Assembly: GCA_022813865.1 (NCBI GenBank)
Contig: JALDZX010000040.1
Location: 124,001-188,000 of the forward strand
Source of the DNA: Xylographa opegraphella
Taxonomy: Eukaryota
DNA: 64,000 bases
Direction: 5' to 3'
Shown here: one piece after another, positions 38,273 through 50,206 of the stretch
Numbering within the stretch: position 1 is the first letter of the stretch
Layout: each line of letters starts with the position of its first letter
Translations under genes and position numbers: made by a program
Notes under the pieces: model-generated
The model's input: the letters and a program-made list of their open reading frames with translations, nothing else
What the model was told of the DNA's origin: nothing
Database searches by the model: none

Positions 38273-40390
38273 TTTGGAGGCGAGCGACAGATGCTTGAAC
38301 TGTCTGTCTTAGATTGTATTGAAGACTGGGCTTAGTAGGCGGTAAACTTTCCAGCTGGGTGTCTTTTGATTATGTTGGTGGGGTCTGCTTGAATTCATGT
38401 GGTCAGTGAGCTGCACGCTCTAGTGTCAGGAAGATTGATAATGTAGATGATCTGAGTTAAGAGAGGTCGGAATGATGCCAATCATACATTTAGAACAATG
38501 AGAGATACAAAGGTGTTCTCCAAATTATGAGGTTCTGAGCTTGTTACTGGTTCGAGTACCTTTTAGCTTATGAGAAGCTTCCACAGTTGAGCAACCACAA
38601 TTCTGCAATTCGTCAAAGGTATTCCTGCACTTACGGATCAGTACAAATATGGCGGTGATCTCGAGGAAACGATAATTGAGTTATGGTTCTGGGTACATAC
38701 CTAGAGATTGAAAATGTGGGGAAATAGTTCCCACAATAATTCGAATGGTCTCGCTTAAAAGTTTTGACCCCACGCTATGGCTGTTCGGCATACTCCCGCC
38801 GGACGGCTAGAGTCGGCCCGCCCTTGAGCCTCCATCAATGATCGCGTGCTTCCATATTTAGCTGGTCCTTGACCGATTGCTCCAGAACTGACAGGCTCGT
38901 CAATGGAAATTGGACAAGAAAATCGTACTATATCCTGAAAGATGGGCGTTACATAGTGTCAATTGGATGTGAGTTACTGCGACTTTGGATTTTCTAAATT
39001 TGCAGTTTAGCTCACTCTACTTTACATTGGAGACAACATAACGGCCAGCCCATCACAACTATAACCAAATATCTCACCATCGTCTCTGCCGCTTTATTGT
39101 TCCAAGTCATAGACTCTGGTAGCTGGTGGAATATCGTTATTCAATGCACCTGCCTCCTGTCCGTAGATCTAATCGAACAGTTTATAGAGAAAGCTCATGC
39201 ACAAAATAGGTAATGATTTGTTCTGCAGCCGTTCCTAGGTGCAATTATCATTGACATGACCAGTATGATGACATGAGTTGTTGTTGAAGCTGCCTTTATT
39301 CTTAAACTAGCCGACGCATCGCCGTGCAAGGTGGTTTTGACAGAGCAGTTTGTGTCCCGCAAGAAGCGATAACCGCACGGAAATAATTGCCTCAATTCCG
39401 AACGATTGAGGCCTGCCCTCTTACTATAGCTGAGGTGAAAGGAGCCAGCTTTGCCATCGTACTGGCAGGTCAAGCCAGTTGCTCCATTCATGTGGCTCAT
39501 ATCTCACGCGTGCCGTTTGTTACTGCCTCTGTGGTAAACCCAAGAGCGCACGATGAAGCATCACAACAGTTACAGCATGTCTATGCTGCATATCCCGAGA
39601 CGGTATCGTGGTAGTGTTACCGTGAAATAGATCAATAAACTTGGTACAAAAGCTCGGAGGAGGTCAATGAATAAATGAACATGACGCATCTTCTCTTGAG
39701 GCCCCAAAGTATCAATTCAGGGTCAAATGCAATATATTATGTGGGAGGTATGGCAAGGAACGGCGATGCCCTAGGACCTATCAACGACATTAGAGTAATG
39801 ACGAAAAACGAATACTCATTTTTTGAGACTCTGCAATACCCATTGGCTAGGGCGTCGTACGCGATAAAGCTGTCCTTCCATCATTGCCCTCGTAGTCCAT
39901 TGCAGCGCATGGGTATTGGTGAGATGAGAAAAACGCTTCAATAACCACAGCCCGTAGCACAGCCGAGAGCGGTCCGCCCAATTATGGTTCTTCACTTACA
40001 TCTGTAAGACCCGACTCACGCAGTAGCGGTTCAGGTTTGGGGATTTCATGACGGCGGCCTTGTAATCATTGATGCTTCGTGACTTAACCTGGCTATGGTA
40101 CGATGTGCACCGAGGACCCAGAAGTACTAGAATAGCGCAAGCACAAGCGGTCAGATCTTCACTATCCTATGTGAACTCTGTGCAAGTGGTACAATGAGAG
40201 AGAAACATATCGTGGTTCTCGTAATTTGACAGAACTCGCGACTTGGTAGTATGGTAGGGGTGAAGTGAAAAGTCGGGAATTGCATCGCGGATATTGCACG
40301 TGGATTGCGCTTGAAACAACCCGGAACCATGTATCCTATATTTATTGCACTACGGTGGTAACTATCATATCAAAAAGCATCTGGTCAACA

Positions 40391-40461
40391 GCATTCTTGG
40401 TTTAGTGGTAAAATCTGTCGTTGCCATCGACAGGCCCCGGGTTCGATTCCCGGAGGATGCA
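40391..40461 (+). tRNA. tRNA-Gly (anticodon GCC)
   Basis: Acceptor stem GCATTCT/AGGATGC, D-loop AGTGGT, anticodon arm TGTCG-TTGCCAT-CGACA, T arm CCGGG-TTCGATT-CCCGG and discriminator A. T-runs lie downstream. Confidence 0.95.
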
Positions 40462-41059
40462 TAAAAACACAAGCAGTTTCATTCTTTTGATATTTTTCCG
40501 CACGGAATACACAACTCTTGATCGTTTTGAATTTTGCTCTACAAATACAATCAAGCTTAACATGTTATGAGGAATTCGGAAGTATTCAGGTTTCTCAATG
40601 CGGCGATTGATCCTGTCTTGCCACGATATGATAGCATGAGCAAATTGTTTTTGGTTGCAGATACTTTATCCCGAGACAGAATGCAAAATCAAATGAGATC
40701 AGATACGTCTGCCATCTGCTACGTTTGCATGCGGAGATCACGACGCTCATGAATCCGGTCGTTCCCGGCCTCAATGTGAGGAACGATGCATTGAGCATTC
40801 CGCAATTTTCCCCATACTCCGACATCTAAAAGACGGGGGGTAACATGGCATTTCCCCGATGCATGCGAATGCAGACGATTCCCCTCCGGATCGGGAGAGT
40901 GCGATGGCAATGGCAGTATCCGTTTTCGGTGCTCTGCGCTTTTCACTACCCATGCCTCCCTTAGGTATCCTACTCTTCCTAGGTACGTAGAATAGATATT
41001 TAGCCCCTTAGGAAACGCAATAATCCCCGCAAAAAGAATACGTGCAATGTACATCTGAT

Positions 41060-42660
41060 CCCTACCTCCCTTACGCCCACCCGCCTCCCACCCGGAGGTC
41101 AGAGCGGCCCAGTCAAACGCCCTCCCTCCCTCTCCCTCCTCTACCTAGTCTCCCTCAAAACCAAAACACCCGATACTCAAACACCCACCATACCCCCTCG
41201 CAGCATTATCAACTACCTTAAACGTCCGGCACTTTCGCATGCCCCGCCCACTCACTCACACCGCAGGCTCCTTCGCTCTGCAGCCGCGTTGCGTCGGAGT
41301 GTAGATCCTGTCCTACCCGCTTCGCAGATAGGATGTCGCACAGACGTGCGCGGGCGTATCTAGGTGCTGCAGGTGGGTCGCTAGGGGCGCGCGCGCCTTG
41401 GCTCTGGGGTGCATGCGCGGCCGGGGGGGTTAAGTGCCTAAGGTGTTTTAGGGTACCGGTTGCTGAGTTAAATACATAGGCTTGTTTGGGATTTGGGGAT
41501 ACGAGATGCCGACTTGGGGGGGGGGGGACTGAGGGTCTTTGCTGGCAAGGTATGGGGTAGGAAGGAAGGGCTTCTGGATGGGGAAGACGGGCAGTGAGAA
41601 ATCTCTATTTTCCGATCATAAGGTCGGCCGTCGAGGGCAGCGAAAGGGGCACGCGAGACCAACCAAGCTACGTACGGTCCATAAATGGAAGCCGTTGTGT
41701 CGCAGGCGGAGCCGCTAACGGCTCGCCTAATCGCATTAGTAAGCGACCTGCCCGATTCGGTGCGGAGCATTACGGAGGTTCGGGTATCGAAAAGGGGCTT
41801 CCGCCCGCCCGAACAGGTATTCTATATAGCCGTAAACCCCTACATAGTATTTACAATATCAACACGTTCCTTACATTGTGACACATTGGCCGTGGAGACG
41901 GGGGGTAAGGTAACCCCCCTAGCCTGCCCACGGATATAGAAATCGTGCCTCGGAAGCGCGGGCATGGGAGGGAAATCCTCCGAGCGCATGAGTGGCGCAC
42001 CCGCCGTCATGCGGGCTTGGGGCCGTGCACGACGGTCAGGTAGCCTCGTCTCGTTTTCGGTTTGGGCCCCAGGTGCCAGACCGGGGGGGGGTTGCGAATT
42101 TGACTGTGCAAGAGACAGGAACGATGCCAGTGGGAAGGCAACGTGTGGGGAGAGGGGAGATCTGTGGGATTCGGATCGGAAAGGGAGACGGGGCGATCCA
42201 GATGAACGGGCACGTTCGACGTCACAGAGGGGTTGAGACGCAAAGACGCAAATCAGAGGACTGGTTTCTAGATTATGCTGGTCTATAGTATTACTGTAAG
42301 GTATGCTCGTCCCTACCGACCACTTTTGCGGTCTGGCGACTGTCCGCGCCGTGGTATGGACGACTGTTTTGGGATGCCGTTAGCCCTTCGACCGCCAGGG
42401 TTCGTCTGCAGCGCTAGAAAGCAGTCTGCACAGGCCCTAGCCTTTGTCCTGTGCTCTGCTGTCCCACTGACACTTTTACTGCCCCTTCTGCAGCTGCAGA
42501 AGGGGCTCGTAGATCAAGCTCACTTTTTGGCCGAAAAGCTGCTCGGACAGCGCAGAGCGATCTTTGCGAAATGCGTCCGGAACGGCGTCGGTGGACGCCA
42601 CTATGGTTCGGAATTGCGATTGGGTACGATCTCGCACAGCAGACGTTCGTTGTACTAGCG
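41060..42660 (+). ncRNA. Putative large structured non-coding RNA (candidate telomerase RNA); ends approximate
   Basis: No credible ORF. Many nested helices with G-U pairs on the + strand and a template-like TAAACCCCTA at 41833-41842 (see findings). Confidence 0.4.
42481..42506. repeat. Perfect 26-bp palindrome
   Basis: GCCCCTTCTGCAG|CTGCAGAAGGGGC is its own reverse complement. Confidence 0.95.
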
Positions 42661-42663
42661 CCT

Positions 42664-43985
42664 TCATTTCTCCAGCTCCCAGGTTGGCGTGCCCATGCTC
42701 CCGCTCTCCAGATCTCCTGGCAGATAGGTCTCGCTCGCATCGCTCGAATAGCCGGATTGGTAGATCCGGTGTGGAACTGCCAGCTCTTTCTCCAGCTCGA
42801 CGGGTTCTGCAGCTGAGGTTACAGGTGCGGAACATGGGCTGCCATCGCAAGAACCATAGGATTGCGTGACCGTCTCGGCCTTCTTGTCTTGGTAGATACG
42901 GGCTTCGGGAAGATCATCAAAGCTGACACCTAGAAGCTTGGCTCGTTTCTGTAGTTTGCGTGTTCGAATGAGCCAGACGCAGTGCGACGCAAAGATTCCA
43001 CCCTCCAAAATAATGCTGCAGTCCTGTTAGTGGCTGTTGCGTGCATCGGCGAGAAGGTCTGGCTTACACTACCAGATATACACAGCCTCCGAGGACATCG
43101 AAGGTGTCTTGTGCCACTGTCCACACGGTCAGCTAAAGATCGTTACCCCACCGAGTGGTGACTTACCTAGTGCGAATAGAGAAAAGATGGCCCCTGCAGA
43201 GTCCATGGAGAGGAATATCCAGTCTCGGAGAAGGTTAGCATAAAAGCCATCGGTTCACTGAATCAGGTAACTGCCACTTACTGATTCCAATGACTCTTCC
43301 GTTCCGCTTCCACAGCTCCCAATAGGGCGGCAGGATACCCGAGCCCACCAAAACAGCTGCAATGATACCAACCAGTAACATTGGCCATTCGACTCCGCGG
43401 TCGTACGGTCCCTGTATCAATGAGTGGCGCCGTGGGAGAAAGTGGTGCCGTGCATACCTTCAGTGTCACTATCAGAACAGCCTCGATAGCTCCGCAGAGC
43501 ACAAAAACAGCTGTCACCAGTGCTGTTGCTTTCCATGTCTTCCATTTGCTGGGAAGATTCAGTGCAAACCCTTGGTAGACGGGGAGACCGGCTCGAACAC
43601 TTACTGCTCGTAGATCAAGATTTGGGCCCATGTCACGAGAGACAAGGTACCAAATACCTGAGGTTGGATCTGGATCGGGATATTGAAATTCTTTGAGATC
43701 GTCAGCGTTGGCCACATGTGTAGAGCAACAGGTGTCCTTACTTGCACGACAGAATATACACCGAATGGGACGGCGCCTTTTCGATGGGATCAGTGGGTTT
43801 GCAAGGCCAATTCAGTTGACGAACTCACATGCAGCCCACAAGACCATCATCAATGCCGGAAGCCCTTCCGTCTTCTTCGCCCTCCAATTATGCCAGATCT
43901 GAGGTACTAGCTGAACACACCAGAACACAGTCCCGATGGTGCCCAAGACGTTGGCCGCTGTAGGAATGCTCGCCTGAGGAGCCAT
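42664..43985 (-). CDS. PQ-loop repeat membrane protein (multi-exon)
   Basis: MAPQASIPTAANVLGTIGTVFWCVQLVPQIWHNWRAKKTEGLP, second repeat GILPPYWELWKRNGRVIGI, last exon LEGGIFASHCVWLIRTR to the stop at 42664. Confidence 0.88.
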
Positions 43986-45256
43986 CTGTATGGAAGTGAA
44001 GTTTTACAGATGAATGGTCAAAGTGAGGTGACAATATACTTCACGTGGGCGAAGTATGAAAAGGACTATTCGATCTGGAAGTGCTTCGTAGAAGAGGAAC
44101 GCAGAACTGTCTTATACCTGCGTGTGAAATGAACTTGACAGACTTGAGGGAATGTACGTGCTGATGCGGGTGGGTGCATGCGAACCAGAACTGTCAATCT
44201 GAGTTCTAGAATGAATGATGCGCCTCTAGTGGCGGCCTCGAACTCGAAAGGCTTGACTGAGTAGTGGAAAGTCAAAGCAGTGAATATTCTGGCTGCAGAA
44301 ATGCTTGGCGCTCTGGTCTCGATGCGTAACGCCAGCGGAGGAGCCAGAACATTCAGATTACGGTCGAGGGTTTCTGACCTTTGCTCTGAAACGCACGGTA
44401 GGTCTGACGATCACGAGAACTCGGAGATCTCTGCGGAACGCATGTTGGCTGGGAGTGGGCGGGTTAATGCCAGTCGGCTATCGAGGCCATGAGGTTTCGG
44501 GTTCCGATGAAACTGTGCTTTGGGAATACGCTCGGACATTCTTATTGGTGGAGAGAGCTCAGAAGACTCTCTTCTGCTCTGAAGGTTCGTGTCAAGCTTT
44601 GTCCAGCGGGAAGCGCCAGTACCAATCCGAGCTTTGACATATGCGGCGCTCTTCCCGCGACTGGTTGACCATGTTAGTCAGTCCAATAGACTTCTTGACT
44701 CAAGCCCATCTTGTCTTTGAGGTAGCGAAGGAAGCATGAATCTTAGATCTTTGACCGGGTTCCGTGCATGTATTCAGGACTGCAACACGGTACGGCGTAA
44801 GTCAACCAGACCATGGAGTATCGAGGTTACCATGGTCCTGTATACTAAGTATCTGGCTATTTGTATGTACAGAAAGCATCCGCCAGGGTGACAGTGATAA
44901 TTTCCATAGCAAAGAGCATGTGCTGGGAACAGCTGCCAAACCTAGAATTGTTTTTGCTTCTTCGTTGCCTAGTCAGGTGGGCCAAATGCTCAAACCTTGA
45001 GGAAGCAGCCAAAGCATCGCCAAAGGATCGACTATATGCCATCGAGTATTGGTCATTGTCGAGGAACACATGCAGAGTAATCACATCAAAGTAGACGATG
45101 AAATCGGGGGAGCATTGTGGTCTGCGAGTGGAATCGAAACTGGTGTAGAGCATGCGGTGCTAAGATTCAAGATTATGGGGCGAGTTGCAAAAGTCGAGGA
45201 GAACATTAATATATATACTAGGATATGAAAATTGAAGCTCAAGCAAACGCTCAAAC

Positions 45257-45328
45257 ACGCCGTTGGTCCAATGGTTAGGATTCTTGCCTTCCAAGCAAGA
45301 GGTGGGTGTTCGATTCTCTCACGGCGTA
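45257..45328 (+). tRNA. tRNA-Gly (anticodon TCC), slightly atypical
   Basis: Acceptor stem ACGCCGT/ACGGCGT, anticodon arm CTTGC-CTTCCAA-GCAAG, T arm GGGTG-TTCGATT-CTCTC with one U-U mismatch. TTTATTTTTT terminator at 45331-45340. Confidence 0.85.
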
Positions 45329-47726
45329 AATTTATTTTTTGCCCATTCGCTTTCTGCCCTTTATCTTTTGACTGTTAACACTACACACTCTCATGAAAAT
45401 CTCGAGAATCCTTCATCTTGAAACCGATACTGGCATTTCTATGCGGACGCATTCTCATTGCGAGACTGCTTGACTCTGCAGTGACCCTAATTACGTAGGT
45501 TTGTCCATGCCTGTGCATATCTCAGAATGCTGCGCATATTTCGAACATCTCGAAGTGACTCGCTTAGCATATTCCCACTTGGGCAGAGCAAGAATATGGT
45601 CCCCACGCAGACGTTGTCGCGTCACTTAGACGTCAATCAAGTCAACTACAAGACGGAAAACCTCGATCACGGGGAGATATGATACAAGTAGTACAAACAG
45701 CAAGATCAGGCAACAACGCAGCTTCTCTCTCTCTCTGTTGTTCAGGCCGTCAGATCAGTGGAATGTACGGGGCACTTCATATGTCCATATGGACTCGTAC
45801 AATATCAATTTCACAGATATATATCTGAGCAATTGAAGGGCATTCTTCAGCCCTTTGTTAGGTATGAACGCCCGACTGCAGATCATATAGAACCCATCGT
45901 CTATATACAGAGCCTCACGGTTGCTGTGACTTTTCATCCTGGCAACCAACTGCCGCACCACCTTATCCTGTTGCAGTACCCGTTTACCATCTCGGTATGC
46001 GGATGCCCCTTGAGTCATTGGGAATGGGGTTCCTGCTCCGAATCGTGGAAGGGACGCTGCAAGTATATCTATCAACAGAATATGATTCCTGGCCGTGGTT
46101 TGTTAATGAACTTGGGGCTATATGATCAACAATGCCATGATATCGTCTTGCCAAACAACTTGACCTCACCGCACTCCGTGGGTTTCAGCAATTGAGCTAG
46201 CTCTGTGCAGAGCAATTCGATATTTCCTGATTCGATGGGTTACGGTGCATAGTACAGTCGCCCCGCCTTCCTTTCCCATACTTTCCGAAAAACAGCGCTG
46301 TGCATCATGGGGCTACCCCATCAACCGAAGACGCAATAATCCCGAGAAGTCGGGTCCAGACCAGCTGTGACTATGAAGCGTCTCCTGCTGGCGCTGAGAT
46401 CCGCTCTCTCGTCCCCGTCAAGCTGTTGTGAAAAATTGGTATTCCGGGCACCCAGAATTGGTTCGTTGGCGATATGTCACTGCGGATAAAATCTTACAGC
46501 TTTATAACCACATCTTATGACAGCTCCCTTCCAATAGCCCAGCCCACCTCCACTAACGACCGACCTCCGCCAGCCTGCACAGCTCGTAGCAATCTCCAGG
46601 GCTAACTCCCCGTCCGTAATCGCAGCAAGCAAGCTCAGCCACGACTCTCCCACTTGCACAAGGCGCTCCAGGCGGCCGTCAGGTGAGGCACATGGATACC
46701 AGAAGACGAGGCAATCCTCTTGCTTCACCTTGCCTACCAATACCACTTGGCATAGAATACCCAGTCTCCCAGCTCATCAACAGACGCAGCACCACCCGCG
46801 GAAATTACCTCCCAAAACCACCGGCTGGCCGATTCGCGAATGGATTCTTGGATAGCTCTGAAAGTTAAGGTGGTCTAAAATTAGGCTCAGACTATCCCCG
46901 GGGTAGCAAACATGTGGCTCCACCGCGCCTCCCTTCCGCTCCCTTCACCATCGAGGTATTCGCGATGCGGGTGCGAGGGTGCAAGGTGGCGGGGAGGAAG
47001 GGGAGGGTCAGGTCTTGGGATGACGGCCCCTTGCGAGGTTGGCATGGAGGGTGGTAGCTCTGGAAGCGTACTGGGTGGGTATGTTGGATACAGATAGGTA
47101 TAGGAGGAGGGCGAGCTCGGGGACGGCAGACGGGTCACTCGATAATGATGAGATGTCCAGTTGCCGTACATGGACAGATGATTATACATCACACAATCAT
47201 GTACAGATTATCAGCCGGGGAGCCGAGTGCGCGTTCGAGCGAGGGACGACCGATCGCCTTCACTTCCAGTATATGCTATTACTTCCACCCTCCTGCCTGT
47301 GCTTCTTCTTTTGCTCACACATCGATCTCAATATTATCTCTCCACTCCTTCCTTCGCACCGTTCGCGTCCCAGTTCCTTCTCCTAATGAGTATTACTCTC
47401 CTTCCATCTCGCTCCTGCGATTGCCTACGAGCCCGTGCGTGGCCCATGCCGTCGGACACCAGATTCAGCACTTGAATCCGGTCAAAGTAATGTACGCGAA
47501 GTCCGCCCTCTCGAAGCCCAGATTCTATGATATGCAGCCCGAGTGTATGGTGGCGGGAAAAAAAAGTCTATAATGCAATTCGTAATGTGTGCGTGAAGTG
47601 TATGAAATTCGTGGATGGCGTTATTGGCCTGCGGAATATTGGAGCTGGATGGAGAACAAGTCGACTTTAAAAGCGGCCATGGTCGGTTTCGGTAGATTTT
47701 TTGCACGAGATCAAGACTACCATATC

Positions 47727-48925
47727 TCAGCCGATGATAGGCTTGATTCGCTCCGAGGCTGCTTTCCATGAACCTAGATAGTAGTATCAGCATATGCTCC
47801 AGCACAACTCAAACATAGCCAACTGATCTGCTCACCTTCGAAATCGTGCTTCACGAAAGCCATTGGATCGTCGATATCCTTGGCGTTCATTTGGCCCACT
47901 CCGGGGCTGAAGCTCGTGATCGGCAATACCACGACGTCCCCAACCTTCTTGGCAGTCTCAATACCGGTGAAGGCTTCCCATGTGATGTTCTTCCCGCCAT
48001 TTTCAATCTTGAAGTATTCGGGATTGTTCAAGTAATTGAAGATGAGATCTGTCCACAACGCTGGTCCGGTAAATTCAACGATACTTTTGTCAATTTTCTT
48101 CTTGCTTAATATGCCCAGCTTCTTCATCCGCAAAGTGTCTTCGGTGATAGAAGCCACGATATTTCGAAGAACGGGATGTCCGGCTTTGGCTTGAATAGTC
48201 CATTGGCAGAATTGAATGCGACGAGAATACCATTCTTTCCAGTCCGGTCTGTCCGGATCCGCTTCAATGCCAACAATAAGTCCAACCGAGGATGGCGGGA
48301 TGTCGCTAGGGATCCAATCGACAGCCGATTTCAAAGCCATGGTGTCAATATCAGAGTAAATTCCACCTCGAGCTAGGAGAATGAGGTAACGAAAAAAGTC
48401 GGCTTTGAGTACTGGTATAGGTAGAGCATTATATGCTTCCAGGATATCGGGCATAGATGCGTAAAGGTATCTGATCAGATGGACAGCGGTCTGATCTGTG
48501 ATGACCTCATGTATAAAATCAGGGTGTAGGTCCGTCCAACTTGCTTCTTGTGGCCGTAATTCATCAGCGAAGTCCCCTGATGCTGGCGTGGCCTTCCATG
48601 TTTGCCAGATATAGGCAGGGAACTTGCCATCCGGATCGTACGGATAGAGATATCTCAATTGTTCTTGCAATGATTTGCCTTCTACGCTATGGAATGTCTG
48701 CTGAGAATTTTTCTTGTCTTTCGATACGCCGCGAGGCGGAGGGAAGGCTTTTGTTGGTTGGGGAGCACTCCCAGTTTGCACTGTGTCTTTTGCTTCCGCG
48801 TTCCCATGCTTGGCATAGTGTTCAATGTCCCCGGGGTAGGTGGCTTTGGAGTGCGATGATTGAAAAAAGTATATTATGGTAAGGGCACATGCGGATAGCA
48901 ACAGAGCCTTGCGGAAGGTGAGCAT
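47727..48925 (-). CDS. OCH1: Initiation-specific alpha-1,6-mannosyltransferase (GT32)
   Basis: Type II anchor MLTFRKALLL, FPAYIWQTWK, LKADFFRYLILLARGGIYSDIDT (DxD motif), GIEADPDRPDWKEWYSRRIQFCQWT. Intron 47774..47835, then HDFEGSWK. Confidence 0.93.
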
Positions 48926-50206
48926 GGTGGAGAAGAAGGGCCAGGAGCCCAGGCTCCAGAAAGCGAGACTCAAGAGAGGAGTTGAGAGTACTGGCTATTG
49001 GAATGACGAGGGAGTGGAGGGAAAAGCAGAATTGTCGAGTAAGACGATAGTGCTATCAAGCTCTGCAGCTTCGGCGAAAGGCTACTGAGCTCGAAGTCAG
49101 AAAGGCTATGAGCCGGCGATAGACAAGCAGCTTACTCCGTATCGTGCATTAACGTCCTGGGATGTTCTCCGCCAATCACTTGGGGAATTCCCGTAAGATT
49201 CGGGAGGAAGGGGATGCCCAACCACCCAATTCTCCCCGTGCTGCTTGCTGGGGATCGTAATTGTCACTCCAGATACGAAGATTCCGCCGCTAAAGGTCGT
49301 AGTTGCACATTTAAGTTGACAGCGGTGTCCAAGTCCCGAGAACAAGGGTGCCAAGATCAGAAGCCCGGCAATGGCGGTGTTAAGCTCCCACTCGATCGAC
49401 GTGCGATTGCTGTACGAGTAGACGCAGAGGATGAGGGGGCGTAAGAGGCAGAGCACATTCGGAAGAGCAAAAGATGGGATGTTTTTTGCGGCCAGCCAGC
49501 CCGCTTCGACGGCGAAACAGACCTTGCTGTTTGGATTATCTTTTCTACTGTGATGACGACGGAGCGGGCAGGCCCTTGCTTAGGCTGGTAACAGTCCCGG
49601 GGTACGCGCGTTCCAGTGGGGGGCTACTGACGGAAATAGGGAGGCGAGGGAGCGTGACGATACGGAGAATTAAATACGTACGGGAGTGCAAGATCAGAGA
49701 TCAAGTCATTCTTATCGGTGATCATAGGTGAGGAGGCTTGGAGAGTTCTTCAAGAGCCGTGCTCTCCATGACTCCTTGTTAACGATCTTGGACGGCCATA
49801 AATAGCTTCGATGAGCATGCCGATCCGCCTATCTTACATGAGCGTCCAGCCATTGAACCATCAGCTTTGCATATAAAATCAGAAAAAGCTGACTGGCCCA
49901 TTCAGATCGGCTGCATGACTGGACGCAGGACGCAGGAAGCAAACACACATGGACCGAATGCTTGACCGAAAATCTACGCATAAATAACGGGAAGCATGTT
50001 GGTCATCCGGTTCCTTCCTGATTCCTGCCAACGCATGATCGTGGCCCAACTCATGAAACAGACGCCGTGTTCACATCAAGGGTCGATCGCCCGCTTCCAT
50101 CCCTCTCTACTTGCGTTTGTCCTTTATCTGAAACGCCTTCGCTATGCAACCTCGCGGTCATGCAAATGCCCCAATGCTGTGCAACCCCTTCATCCCGACC
50201 AAGTCA

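Noticed and set aside
38300..40380. Short ORFs between SND1 and tRNA-Gly, and at 44-46.2 kb
   Set aside because: No recognisable motifs or consistent splice structure, so treated as intergenic.
41620..42320. Group I or group II intron, or hammerhead ribozyme, as the explanation for the structured region
   Set aside because: Only partial look-alikes (CTACGTACGGTCC, TCAGAGGACT, AAGGTATGCT) in the wrong order or without partner elements, and no CTGANGA core.
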